From: a virus
Lineage: Duplodnaviria; Caudoviricetes
Virus record (IMG/VR): IMGVR_UViG_3300037067_015211
Location: 128,001 to 192,000 of that record
Direction: 5' to 3' (one strand)
DNA: 64,000 nt
Part shown: positions 18,595 through 27,852 of the stretch, one piece after another
How positions within the stretch are numbered: the first letter of the stretch is position 1
How the letters are laid out: each line of letters opens with the position of its first letter
Translations under genes and position numbers: made by a program
Notes under the pieces: generated by a model
Told to the model about the DNA's origin: nothing
Seen by the model: the letters and a program-made list of their open reading frames with translations, nothing else
The model's database searches: none

Positions 18595-19050
18595 TTATAA
18601 ATTTTCGTATATTAATTTATAATCATTTTCTGGGCCGCTCTTCAAACCAACACTTCTTAAAATATGTGGCCACTCACTATCTTCATTAATATTAAAAAAA
18701 TTAATACTGTCACTCCATTTCCCGGTAATTTTTTCAATAAAGCATGGCCTACACTTGCTTTGTAAAATATTGTTTTTCATAATAATGTCCGCCTGTGTCA
18801 TAACATCAAATTCCCTTGCATTTTCACAATATGAAGTTGATGTTCCAAAATTAATTTTTATACCAAAAATTTCAAGCTTTTCTACAACATCAGGCGACAA
18901 AAAATCTCTAATATTAAACCAAATATCTTCTGCAATCCACAACTCTTCAACTTTAATATCGTTGCTATCATAAAATTTTATAATGTCTTTTATTGTTTCC
19001 AATATAAGATGTTTTGATAATTTAATTGATTGAAATTCTGATAACTTCAT
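18595..19050 (-). CDS. hypothetical protein (possible diverged A-domain-like N-terminus)
   Basis: 151 aa, very AT-rich, ATGA overlap. Confidence 0.6.
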   Translation of the reverse strand: MKLSEFQSIKLSKHLILETIKDIIKFYDSNDIKVEELWIAEDIWFNIRDFLSPDVVEKLEIFGIKINFGTSTSYCENAREFDVMTQADIIMKNNILQSKCRPCFIEKITGKWSDSINFFNINEDSEWPHILRSVGLKSGPENDYKLIYENL

Positions 19051-19811
19051 TTTTGTTTTTCCTCAAATAACCTTCTATTCGCAAGATCGACATATTTCCT
19101 ATTTTTATCGCAACAAATAAATTTGCGCCCCAACTTATGGGCCGCTATGGCAGTTGTTCCTAGTCCACAAAAAGGATCGAATACCAAATCACCTTTGTAG
19201 CTAAACATCTGCATACAACGATAAGGTAATTCTACAGGAAACATAGCAGGATGTCCATACTTTTTCATGTTTGTTTCAGAACTAAATTGCCAAAGGGCCA
19301 TAGCATAACTCTGAAACTCCTTCCCATCTTCCGATAGAGTAATGTTTTCCTTCTCACCTTCCTTGTGCTTTTCCTTATTGTAAAACACAAGAATAAACTC
19401 AAACTGCGTAGGAAAAGACGGACAAGAAGGGCTGTTGTATGACCCCCACGAAAGTCTATTGCCCACCTGATACTTGTCCCATACTATTGTAGTATAGTAA
19501 TTATACCCAACTCTCAATAAATGTTGAGTTAGATGTATGTGAATAGGAATAGAGCCATTCTTGGAATCGGCTATGTTAATACAAATTCTTGCATCATCTT
19601 TAAGCGTAGGCTTAAATATTTCAAAACAACTGCCCAACCATTCGATATAATCGAATAGTTCCATACTGTCCTCGTGGCCATCATAGTCTTGACCGATATT
19701 GTACGGCGGAGAAGTTACAATCAAATCAACAGACTTCTCAGGCATTTTAAATGCAATGTCTTCGCACTGGGAGCAAATTATTTTGTTGGTATAGTCAGGG
19801 TTTTTGAACAT
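19047..19811 (-). CDS. DNA methyltransferase (likely N4-cytosine, beta class)
   Basis: VTSPPYN, HPAMFP, DPFCGLGTT. Confidence 0.93.
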   Translation of the reverse strand: MFKNPDYTNKIICSQCEDIAFKMPEKSVDLIVTSPPYNIGQDYDGHEDSMELFDYIEWLGSCFEIFKPTLKDDARICINIADSKNGSIPIHIHLTQHLLRVGYNYYTTIVWDKYQVGNRLSWGSYNSPSCPSFPTQFEFILVFYNKEKHKEGEKENITLSEDGKEFQSYAMALWQFSSETNMKKYGHPAMFPVELPYRCMQMFSYKGDLVFDPFCGLGTTAIAAHKLGRKFICCDKNRKYVDLANRRLFEEKQK

Positions 19812-19814
19812 CTC

Positions 19815-19949
19815 TCACCACGTCACACAATAAGAAATCACGCCAGCCGCAAACCAGTATGTGGCCATGCGAAAATCCTTGTTAGGCAAATAAAATAAAG
19901 ACGCACAAATATTAAGTACAATTATAATGGTTGGAAAAACTTTTTCCAC
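19815..19949 (-). CDS. small two-TM membrane protein
   Basis: Own translation from GTG: MEKVFPTIIIVLNICASLFYLPNKDFRMATYWFAAGVISYCVTW; fills the gap exactly. Confidence 0.6.
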   Translation of the reverse strand: MEKVFPTIIIVLNICASLFYLPNKDFRMATYWFAAGVISYCVTW

Positions 19950-19951
19950 AA

Positions 19952-20608
19952 CTAAATCTGATCTCCCCAAGAATCCCAACCAGATCGATTATTTCTAGCA
20001 AACAATTCGCAATAGGGGCCGTCAAACAATGCCTCTATCCTATCGTATTGCTCATCCGGCTTTTTGCTGTGTTCACGTATCCGTGAAAGTATAGCAACCG
20101 ATGAACACACATTTCCACTAAAGTATTCCAACTTATCGTTCAAATCAATTGCGCTCTCATCATGACTTATGATTGTCCGTCTTACATTTTTCTTTTTTCT
20201 AACCGGTGGTTTACCACCAACTGGTACACCAAGCAAACAAATTTCTGAATTGGCCCGAGTATAATATCCAAGTCCGATGTGCATGCTGTCTTTGTTTTTG
20301 CAAATCTTACTCCAGTGAAATGCAACCGTCTTGTACTCGAAACCCCATTTTTCCATCAGTTCTATTCCGTCTTTCAAATGCGGATCCGTTACCCAGAGAA
20401 ACAAAACAGCCCTATCTGAAGCCAGCGGCAATACAGGCAAGGACTGTAAATTGTTTGCATCGAGAACATTGTAGTGCTGTTGGGCAGACCTTCCCTTGCC
20501 CTTATTGCTGTACGTGGCAAAATCCCAAGGTGGATCGACCAAGATTACCTGATAATGATTTTTTTTAAGCCTATCAAAATCATTGATCGGATTGTTTTTT
20601 TTGAACAT
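19952..20608 (-). CDS. MT-A70-family adenine methyltransferase
   Basis: VDPPW, LFLWVT, WGFEYKT, EHSKKP, ELFAR..R.GWDSWG. Confidence 0.93.
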   Translation of the reverse strand: MFKKNNPINDFDRLKKNHYQVILVDPPWDFATYSNKGKGRSAQQHYNVLDANNLQSLPVLPLASDRAVLFLWVTDPHLKDGIELMEKWGFEYKTVAFHWSKICKNKDSMHIGLGYYTRANSEICLLGVPVGGKPPVRKKKNVRRTIISHDESAIDLNDKLEYFSGNVCSSVAILSRIREHSKKPDEQYDRIEALFDGPYCELFARNNRSGWDSWGDQI

Positions 20609-20899
20609 TTAGTTTTCCAAAGCCATTACCAAAATGGCCTCAACCTTTTTTTGCAAATTCTCATAACTACTAGAAATATAATACGCCACAGTATAAATAT
20701 CTCTGGCCAAATTAATTTGGCTATTATCTGGCCGTTCGCCGTCTTTCAAGGTTAGTGCATTTTCTAAAACCTTTACAGAACTTTGAAAAATCGGGCTATC
20801 TACCAATGCAGAACAATTACCACGAGACTTAAAAATCTCCAATGCCAAATTCACCTGATACGTGTCCACGGACTTCACAAACTTTGTTTCTTCTGACAT
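20609..20899 (-). CDS. hypothetical protein
   Basis: 96 aa, AAGGA RBS. Confidence 0.65.
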   Translation of the reverse strand: MSEETKFVKSVDTYQVNLALEIFKSRGNCSALVDSPIFQSSVKVLENALTLKDGERPDNSQINLARDIYTVAYYISSSYENLQKKVEAILVMALEN

Positions 20900-20955
20900 T
20901 TTTATTTCCTTTCTAAAAGTTGTTTAATTGATTTTTCCTATGTTTTTTTTCATTT

Positions 20956-20984
20956 ATTTTACCATAAATAATTTGCCAAGTCAA
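20956..20984 (-). promoter_or_regulatory. sigma70-type promoter
   Basis: TTGACT-17 nt-TAAAAT with TGn extension, just after the dnaB stop. Confidence 0.7.
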
Positions 20985-20986
20985 GA

Positions 20987-22360
20987 TTAAAATTCATTTC
21001 CTGCGCCTTGAAAGGTAGATTTTTCTTCTTCCTCTCCCCCGTCGTCCTGTGATACAAACTCTCCTACGCTCAACTTAGGGCCGTTAAACTCATACTTAAA
21101 AATCAAATTTGGTATACCCCGTCTCTGCTTCAAGATACTCATCTCTATCGTATCGTTCAACACAGCGGGGTTAAATATCTTTGGCCTAAACAATCCAATC
21201 ACTAGGTCGGCGACCTCCGCATATTTACCGCTATTCTTCAAATATTCTAGCTGGGGCTTCTTGGCCTTACCCTTAATGTTTCTGGTATCTTTCCTATTCA
21301 ACTGGGCAGTTATGGCAATGTGCGTATCAAACTCCTTTGCCATATCCTGCAATATATCCAAATTCATGGATATATTTTTCTGGTCCAAATCCCTTCTTAC
21401 TTCTTTCAGCTTTTCAAACAAATCCACCACAACAAAATCATAATGATTTTTACTCAATATCGTCCGCAAATCCCCTATTCCAAACCCCGGCCTGTCTACC
21501 AAAAATAATTTGTCGTTCTGTAATAGCTTGGCGACATTCCGATACACTTGTATTTTTCTTTCATGAGAAAGGTTTTTAAAATCCTTAATAACACTCTCGG
21601 CCAACATCTCACACTCAAGACATGCCATACTATCTAGGGCGGTTATCCTGTCCGTCTCTAGCACACAAAACAATATCGACATGTCATTTCTGCGCAACAT
21701 CCTAACAACCATGTTCGTGAGCAGAGTAGTTTTACCACAGCCTGAAAATCCAGCCCATACCGATATCTTCCTTGGTGCAACACCCTCCGTTAAATTCTCG
21801 TCCAATTCATAAAACCCGGTGGAATAAAATTTACGATTTCCCCTCTCCTTCAAATCTTTGTACCAATCCAATAGGGCCGCTTTAGAGTCAATTACACACT
21901 CTACTCCAGATTTTTCCAACAACTTATTAGACATCTTGGAAAGTTTTTCGGAGATAATCCGAATATCTTCCCCGTTGGCCAAAATTTGCTCTACTTCAGT
22001 TACTTCCCGTTCGTACATGTGCGCACGTATCGAATCCTCTTTCAAATCCTTTACATGCTTATCCATGTTCTCGTTATTCGGCACGTAATGAGATTCTATC
22101 TCTCGTAAAAATGCTATCCCTCCGTAATCATTTTCGGAAAAATGCAAATTATTTGCAGTCGTGTAAAAAGTATCTTCATTGTATTCTAAACCCTCTTCGA
22201 CCATTTTCTTGATTACACGAAAAAGGTTTTGATGTTTGGGTTTGAAAAAATCGATAACATCCAGTTCACAGACAAGTCTTTTTCTTAGTTCCTTGTCCAT
22301 GAGCATATTGGCAATTACTATTTGTTCGTTGGTCTGGTCGTAATAAATTTCTTTTTCCAT
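20987..22360 (-). CDS. dnaB: DnaB-like replicative helicase
   Basis: EQIVIANM N-domain, STGFYELD, AGFSGCGKTT, VVDL, TAQLNR, LKNSG..AEVADLVI, KQRRG. Confidence 0.93.
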   Translation of the reverse strand: MEKEIYYDQTNEQIVIANMLMDKELRKRLVCELDVIDFFKPKHQNLFRVIKKMVEEGLEYNEDTFYTTANNLHFSENDYGGIAFLREIESHYVPNNENMDKHVKDLKEDSIRAHMYEREVTEVEQILANGEDIRIISEKLSKMSNKLLEKSGVECVIDSKAALLDWYKDLKERGNRKFYSTGFYELDENLTEGVAPRKISVWAGFSGCGKTTLLTNMVVRMLRRNDMSILFCVLETDRITALDSMACLECEMLAESVIKDFKNLSHERKIQVYRNVAKLLQNDKLFLVDRPGFGIGDLRTILSKNHYDFVVVDLFEKLKEVRRDLDQKNISMNLDILQDMAKEFDTHIAITAQLNRKDTRNIKGKAKKPQLEYLKNSGKYAEVADLVIGLFRPKIFNPAVLNDTIEMSILKQRRGIPNLIFKYEFNGPKLSVGEFVSQDDGGEEEEKSTFQGAGNEF

Positions 22361-22361
22361 A

Positions 22362-22973
22362 TTACTCGCTTGTCATCTTAATGAAGATTGAGTTGGAAAG
22401 AAGCATCTTTTTAGTCTGCTCGGAAAATACAGGATGGTCAAATACTGTCTTAAAAATATTCATGTCGCCATCACCAGCGTCTATAACCGTAACCACATTA
22501 CTATTTTTTCTAAACGTCAAAAGATTTGACATAAGATACACATGATTTTTGTAGTGCAGAGCAAAGTCAATCAATGAATTCATATACACAAATCTAATTG
22601 ACTTCATCGTATCGTAATCTGGGTCTCGGTCAAACTTGGGAAACCATATCGGCGAGTCCACCCATTTTGCAAATGTTTGCACACTATATTCGTCTTCGTC
22701 GTACACATTTGCCGAATTTACGAAAAAGGTATTAAGCAAATAACAAACAATATCGTACTTCCATTGAATGTCGTTAGAGTCCAAGGCAACAAATATATTT
22801 TGCTTTTTCTTGAGCGCATCGATAGCTTCTAACATTGTCTGGGGGATTTCATCGTATCTGTCCAAAAATACTTGTTTATTTATCACAGTTCCGTTTAGGG
22901 GAAAACCTGCGATTTCGTATTGTTGGGACAAATATAATTTGTAGCTTTTTTCTATATCTTCATTCATCGTCAT
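22362..22973 (-). CDS. degenerate DnaC/IstB-like helicase loader (no intact Walker A)
   Basis: Directly upstream of dnaB; AGFP N-terminus; SNLLTFRKNSNVVTVI resembles the IstB-type R..N.KPTII segment. Confidence 0.4.
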   Translation of the reverse strand: MTMNEDIEKSYKLYLSQQYEIAGFPLNGTVINKQVFLDRYDEIPQTMLEAIDALKKKQNIFVALDSNDIQWKYDIVCYLLNTFFVNSANVYDEDEYSVQTFAKWVDSPIWFPKFDRDPDYDTMKSIRFVYMNSLIDFALHYKNHVYLMSNLLTFRKNSNVVTVIDAGDGDMNIFKTVFDHPVFSEQTKKMLLSNSIFIKMTSE

Positions 22974-23112
22974 CGACTGTCTTATCCCAAGAAATTTTTG
23001 TTTCTATTTTTTCTTCTTCCAATAAGAAAATACAATCTCTTAAAAACATTAAATCCAAAATAGTTTTATTGTCTTTTAAAAATTTCAAAAATTTTTCTTC
23101 AGTCGTCGTCAT
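22960..23112 (-). CDS. small hypothetical protein (50 aa)
   Basis: Own translation MTTTEEKFLKFLKDN...TVDDDE; overlaps both neighbours. Confidence 0.45.
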   Translation of the reverse strand: MTTTEEKFLKFLKDNKTILDLMFLRDCIFLLEEEKIETKISWDKTVDDDE

Positions 23113-23377
23113 TCAAGTTATCCCAAGCGGTTTTAATAACGACTTTGTACGGATTTTCTCCGCGATTTACAATTTCGGTTAGTTTTTCTCCATCCCCCAT
23201 AGCCTGATCCAATTCGATTTCATCTACCATTCCATGCCTTACAGCCCATTGTAGGGCACCGTATTTTCTTTGTACATCACCTAGATCGATTCCAAAATCG
23301 ACACATGTTGCAAGACCGGGCATGATATCCAGTGCAATACAATCCAACAAATCTTTTGTATTGGGCCTGATATTCAT
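23099..23377 (-). CDS. hypothetical protein
   Basis: 92 aa, AAGGA RBS. Confidence 0.65.
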   Translation of the reverse strand: MNIRPNTKDLLDCIALDIMPGLATCVDFGIDLGDVQRKYGALQWAVRHGMVDEIELDQAMGDGEKLTEIVNRGENPYKVVIKTAWDNLNDDD

Positions 23378-23394
23378 TTTCCAACATCCTTTAC

Positions 23395-23787
23395 TTAATT
23401 AACCATTCTTGGATTGAAACTATTATTTTTACTTGCCCACTCTTCCAAATCATGCAGAGTTTTCATTGGTTGTGGAAGCGTATAATATTTCCACCCATCA
23501 TCAAATACGGCAAGAGACACACCACCGGAAAAAGATAAAGCAATGGCTGGTTTATCATCAAACGTTCCACACCAATGTGCAGTTCCAAAAAGTTTACAAA
23601 TATTTTTCTTTTTATTTTTCACATCCGGAACCTTTATTTCATCCAATTCTTTTTTCAAACCAAGCAATGATTTTGCCGAAACAGTTATTTTCTCGCACTC
23701 TTCATTTTCGAGATGCAAAATTACACTGTTAACCATTTCGCCACAAAACGGACAACAGTGGTCTTCTGGTCTTGTATATTCATTCAT
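23395..23787 (-). CDS. hypothetical protein with an N-terminal Zn finger
   Basis: CPFC...H...C. Confidence 0.65.
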   Translation of the reverse strand: MNEYTRPEDHCCPFCGEMVNSVILHLENEECEKITVSAKSLLGLKKELDEIKVPDVKNKKKNICKLFGTAHWCGTFDDKPAIALSFSGGVSLAVFDDGWKYYTLPQPMKTLHDLEEWASKNNSFNPRMVN

Positions 23788-25157
23788 GCCTTTTCCTTTC
23801 GGATATACTTTTCAATTTCCTCGTCATGCAAATACGTGATCTTCTTTTTCTTCTTACTCGCCTCGGTAGCCTCATCTATTTCTTTTTGCAAATCGAATTG
23901 TTCCTCTTTTTTGTGATTCAAAAATTTGTTTATATTTTCCTCCGAAATTACTTTATCAAATTCCATTCCGTGTTTTTCGCACCAGTCAATATATTCTTTG
24001 GATTTTGTTTTTTTCGTACCAAACTTTTTGAACGCCCCCTTTCCTTTTGAATGAATCCAACACTTTAGTTTGAATGCATCCTCAACTGAAAGATGATTCA
24101 ATTTTACCATAAGATCGTGTTCTTTCCTAAACAATTCCCGATATTTGTAAAAATAATATCCAAGCATTTCCTTGGCGTTCCACTTTTCGGGTTCAGACAA
24201 TTTCCACTCATCCCAAGTGATATTTTCCATGTATTCTTTTTGCCGTTGCTGGGCATCGTATTTTTGCCTTTGTTTTTTATCGTCAGTGGAATAGTTAACC
24301 TCGTATTCCTCGTTGTCGATATTTTTATTCCCATCCCCTACCGATTTCCTGTAATCCCGAAATCTTCCGCCCATATCGGCCTTTCTAAAACCATCTATCA
24401 ACTCGGCGATAATCAGCTTGTTTTTTAGCTTGTCTTTTTTAGGCAGATAACGCTTTAGATGGTATAATCGCTTAAAATCACACGGCACTCCGTCAAACTT
24501 ATATTTTGAAAGTTTGTCTGAATCCGTCTCTTCCAAACAAAATTTGTCGTTTAAAACAGTAATTTTCAAAGATTTTTTAGACGTAATATTTTGAAGTGTA
24601 CCGCGATATGCCGATAAAGCCAGTTGTAAAAAATATCTTTCGTACTTGACGAACACCCCGTACTTACGGGAAAGTACGAAACAAAGGTCTAAAATTAAAA
24701 TCGCCGACAACGCGATAGAATGGCCTTCTAACGTCGTTTTAAGATCGGTATATGAAATCCCCCACAATTTCAAAAAGAATTGCTCTACGGTCAACTGTGG
24801 GTGGTAATTTGCCAATTTCATGGCTTGGTATAATCGCCGTTCGAGATCAATGATTTCGTGGAAATAAATGCTCTTACCCTTGGTTTTATCCCAAAATCCT
24901 AGTTCAATTCCATTGCCAAATCTACGTAACATGTTTATATTAGCCAAATAATCCAGAGTAGTATAAATTGTTTGACGACTAACTGACAAAACATCAGCTA
25001 GGTATTTTATCTTCTTCTCCCTAGAAAATATCCTCCCGGTTAGTCCGTCTGTGGAATAAATCGTGTGGTTAGACAACAAGTGCCCAATGATATCGGCTTC
25101 TGCCTTACCACAACAATTTGACAAGAAGAATGATTTTCGAGAAATATTGTTTTTCAT
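23784..25157 (-). CDS. putative replication initiator (N-terminal winged HTH)
   Basis: IKYLADVLSVSRQTIYTTLDYL HTH; heads the loader-helicase operon; next to the palindrome cluster. Confidence 0.5.
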   Translation of the reverse strand: MKNNISRKSFFLSNCCGKAEADIIGHLLSNHTIYSTDGLTGRIFSREKKIKYLADVLSVSRQTIYTTLDYLANINMLRRFGNGIELGFWDKTKGKSIYFHEIIDLERRLYQAMKLANYHPQLTVEQFFLKLWGISYTDLKTTLEGHSIALSAILILDLCFVLSRKYGVFVKYERYFLQLALSAYRGTLQNITSKKSLKITVLNDKFCLEETDSDKLSKYKFDGVPCDFKRLYHLKRYLPKKDKLKNKLIIAELIDGFRKADMGGRFRDYRKSVGDGNKNIDNEEYEVNYSTDDKKQRQKYDAQQRQKEYMENITWDEWKLSEPEKWNAKEMLGYYFYKYRELFRKEHDLMVKLNHLSVEDAFKLKCWIHSKGKGAFKKFGTKKTKSKEYIDWCEKHGMEFDKVISEENINKFLNHKKEEQFDLQKEIDEATEASKKKKKITYLHDEEIEKYIRKEKA

Positions 25158-25164
25158 ACAGCCT

Positions 25165-25193
25165 AGTATAAGTCAGTTTAAGAATCGAATCAA
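25165..25193 (-). promoter_or_regulatory. sigma70-type promoter giving a leaderless transcript
   Basis: TTGATT-17 nt-TATACT, 7 nt before ATG 25157, no SD. Confidence 0.7.
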
Positions 25194-25313
25194 GTGTTTT
25201 CTTATTTTATCTTAGCCCGGGCCGGTTTTATCTTCCGGGGGTTAACTTTTTGTCCCCTTTTCTCGGAAAAAAGACTCTTTAATAGTGTTTGTCTATTCTA
25301 ATATAAACTCAAG

Positions 25314-25426
25314 AAGTTCATATATAATATACTATGAACTTTAAACATGGTCAAAGTACTTTGACACTTTCGACCCTTTTTGTAAGAATGAGTTTACAAA
25401 AAGTGTCAAAGTACTTTGACACTTTT
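25314..25426. repeat. palindrome / inverted-repeat cluster (putative origin or operator array)
   Basis: Perfect 28-bp palindrome 25399-25426; its 16-bp core GTCAAAGTACTTTGAC repeated at 25350-25365; IRs 25314-25341 and 25376-25403. Confidence 0.85.
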
Positions 25427-25733
25427 ACAACCCTTTTTTAACAGAAAGATAAGTAACTCTGGCTTCGGCTACCGCATTTTCGACCAGCATTTTATCTTTA
25501 TCGGAAAGATCGGCCTCAAACTGGGCGTCGTTATCACCCCAGTAGCAGGATACGTAATCACGACCATTAAACTCGGGAGTTACAAATCCGTGTCCACAAT
25601 CTCGGGTAAACCAACGAGAGATTTGAGTGATACCCATGCCCACAAGATGTTCAGCCAGAGCACTAAAATCCTGCCCAAACTCCTCATAGGTGCCGTTTTC
25701 GCCCAGCCTAATCCAAATATATTTGTTGCTCAT
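25425..25733 (-). CDS. hypothetical early-type protein
   Basis: 102 aa, ATGA overlap. Confidence 0.65.
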   Translation of the reverse strand: MSNKYIWIRLGENGTYEEFGQDFSALAEHLVGMGITQISRWFTRDCGHGFVTPEFNGRDYVSCYWGDNDAQFEADLSDKDKMLVENAVAEARVTYLSVKKGL

Positions 25734-26116
25734 GATCCAATTTCCTTTTTAAAATGTTGGTTAAAAATCCGATATGTTTTGTCCGAGTCGAGCAACCTAT
25801 CCAATTCGCCGTGAAAGCATTGTGCTCGCACACCGTATGGGGTCAGATAATTGTCTCTCCAATATTCCATAAACTGTACGCGGTTTAGGCTGTCCGGTTC
25901 ACTCAAAACTTCAATTACAGCATCATCGCCAAACTCATTGAGTAGTTGCAACACCTTAAAAGAAAGGTTTCTATTAGCCATATATTTTTTATTTTCTTTC
26001 GGACGTTCTTTCAAATAATTATCACAATCTTTGCAACGATGATTTGAAAGAGGTTTAATTTCGGCGGCAATGCCGCATTTTTCGCAAATCATTGTCAGCA
26101 CCCTCCAAGCATACAA
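25730..26116 (-). CDS. hypothetical protein with a Zn ribbon (likely start MICEKC at ~26092)
   Basis: CEKC...CKDC; GGAGG RBS. Confidence 0.65.
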   Translation of the reverse strand: MYAWRVLTMICEKCGIAAEIKPLSNHRCKDCDNYLKERPKENKKYMANRNLSFKVLQLLNEFGDDAVIEVLSEPDSLNRVQFMEYWRDNYLTPYGVRAQCFHGELDRLLDSDKTYRIFNQHFKKEIGS

Positions 26117-26184
26117 AGAATGACATAAATCACAATCCAGACCAACACGTTAGAGCAACCATTACCATTTGCATTTTCAGACAT
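26095..26184 (-). CDS. tiny membrane peptide (29 aa)
   Basis: Own translation MSENANGNGCSNVLVWIVIYVILCMLGGC with AAGGAG RBS. Confidence 0.5.
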   Translation of the reverse strand: MSENANGNGCSNVLVWIVIYVILCMLGGC

Positions 26185-26488
26185 TTTGTTCTCCTTCCCA
26201 AGTAAAAGGTGCATCAGTTTCACACTTAAACGCATATTCTTCACTCTTGGGATAATCATCATCCCAATAACACACTACCTCATAATACCCATAAACAGAA
26301 AAGTCATGAGCAAATTGTTTGACGGCCAGTTCAGCCCCCTTTGGTTCTGGGCCTACGGTTTCTCGGATCAACTCAATAAATCGTTTGCATTCTAGGGGTA
26401 CCCGTTCGTAGTAATCGGCATCGCCAACCTGAGCACAATCTTCATCAGCCGGGACAGGCCCGAGACATACATAATCGTATCTGTTCAT
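26177..26488 (-). CDS. hypothetical phage protein
   Basis: 103 aa, LGPVPADEDCAQVG...HDF...YYEVVC. Confidence 0.75.
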   Translation of the reverse strand: MNRYDYVCLGPVPADEDCAQVGDADYYERVPLECKRFIELIRETVGPEPKGAELAVKQFAHDFSVYGYYEVVCYWDDDYPKSEEYAFKCETDAPFTWEGEQNV

Positions 26489-26625
26489 GATTTAATCTCC
26501 TTACACGAATCGAGATATTCTTTAGAAAATGGCCAAACAGGACTAAACTTAGGATATTTCTGTTCATATTTCCTTGCACACTCATAACAAGGGAACTCCC
26601 AATATCCATTAAAATCTAGTTCTCC
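26485..26625 (-). pseudogene. headless 3' gene fragment abutting the IS right end
   Basis: GELDFNGYWEFPCYECARKYEQKYP...WPFSKEYLDSCKEIKS*, open to the IS boundary, stop coupled (ATGA) to the next gene. Confidence 0.55.
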
Positions 26626-26637
26626 GTTCCACAAAAC

Positions 26638-27852
26638 TTATAGAAATCTTAGCTTCTTGTTTGTTTCCTGCTTCTCAGAGACAACTTGCTTAGACTCTTT
26701 CAAACCTAAGTATTGGTTATTCTCTCCACAGGCTTTAATTCCCGTAGAACTTACGGTACTGTATTTTTCTAGGTTAATAGCCGCGCTTAAATCCCGGTCT
26801 ATTTCTAATCCACACGATTCACACTTGTAGATTCTATCAGCTAGTGTTAGCCCCTTTTTTATATTGCCACATCTGCTACACTTCTTGCTAGATGGATAGA
26901 ATCTATCTACTACGACAATCTTACAATTATACCACTCAGCCTTGTATTCAAGCTGTCTCCTAAATTCAGCCCACCCCACATCAGAAATAGCCTGAGCTAG
27001 GCAGTGGTTTTTCATCATATTAGAAGGAGATAAATCTTCTATGACAACTCTTGACTTGGTTTTCGTCAAATATGTTGTTAGTTTATGAAGAGTATCTTTT
27101 CTAATACACGATATCTTATAGTGTAACTTGGCCAATCGTTTTCTAAATTTTTCTTTATTCTTGCTTCCTTTCTGTTTCTTACTATGTTTTTTTTGCAGTC
27201 TCTTTAGCTTTTTCAAATTCTTTTTAAGAGGTCTAGGATTTTCCACCACCACGCCGTCTGAACAAACCGCTAGTTCTTTTAACCCCAAGTCAACTCCTAC
27301 TGTGCCTTCTCTTGATTTAAAAGAAATTCTCTTGGATATATCGAACGAAATTGCAATAAACCACCTACCAGCCCTTTCTGATATAGTGGCTTGGGTTATT
27401 CTTAGATTAGTTGGTATGTATGACTTTTCTTTTAATCTTACTCTGCCAATTCTAGGTAGCTGAATATACTTGTTATAGGCATATATTGAACCATCTAGTG
27501 TAAAACTTCCTAGTGCATTTTTCCGAGATTTAAATCTCGGAAAGCCCTTTTTACCCTTCTTTTTCTTCTTACAATTTCTAAAGAAATTCTTATAGGCTTT
27601 TTCAAGATTTATTAAAGCAATTTGAGGGGCACATTTTGAAGCTTCATACATCCACGGAAAGTCTGTTTTCTTAAGTTTAACTAACTCTTTATGTAGATCA
27701 TAGGCAGTTAGAAACTTATTGCCATTCTTTTTATTTTCTACTTGTCTACCTAATCCCCAATTGTAAGCAAACCTAGCTATCCCACTGTGCTTGACCAGAA
27801 GTGTTCTTTGCTTATTGTTAGGCTTTAGCTCTATCTTAAAACTTTTTCTCAT
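26638..27852 (-). CDS. tnpB: TnpB RNA-guided endonuclease
   Basis: N-terminal HTH (ARFAYNWGL), RuvC GVDLG / VIEDL / DRDLSAAINL, Zn finger CSRC..CESC. Confidence 0.95.
   Translation of the reverse strand: MRKSFKIELKPNNKQRTLLVKHSGIARFAYNWGLGRQVENKKNGNKFLTAYDLHKELVKLKKTDFPWMYEASKCAPQIALINLEKAYKNFFRNCKKKKKGKKGFPRFKSRKNALGSFTLDGSIYAYNKYIQLPRIGRVRLKEKSYIPTNLRITQATISERAGRWFIAISFDISKRISFKSREGTVGVDLGLKELAVCSDGVVVENPRPLKKNLKKLKRLQKKHSKKQKGSKNKEKFRKRLAKLHYKISCIRKDTLHKLTTYLTKTKSRVVIEDLSPSNMMKNHCLAQAISDVGWAEFRRQLEYKAEWYNCKIVVVDRFYPSSKKCSRCGNIKKGLTLADRIYKCESCGLEIDRDLSAAINLEKYSTVSSTGIKACGENNQYLGLKESKQVVSEKQETNKKLRFL

Noticed and set aside
8907-22360. Inteins or introns in DnaE, primase or DnaB
   Set aside because: Lengths are normal and no splicing or homing-endonuclease motifs were seen
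25314-25426. Possible mini-CRISPR array (21-bp repeat, 34-bp spacer)
   Set aside because: Only two copies, a loopless perfect palindrome, a self-complementary spacer and no cas genes; fits protein-binding sites better
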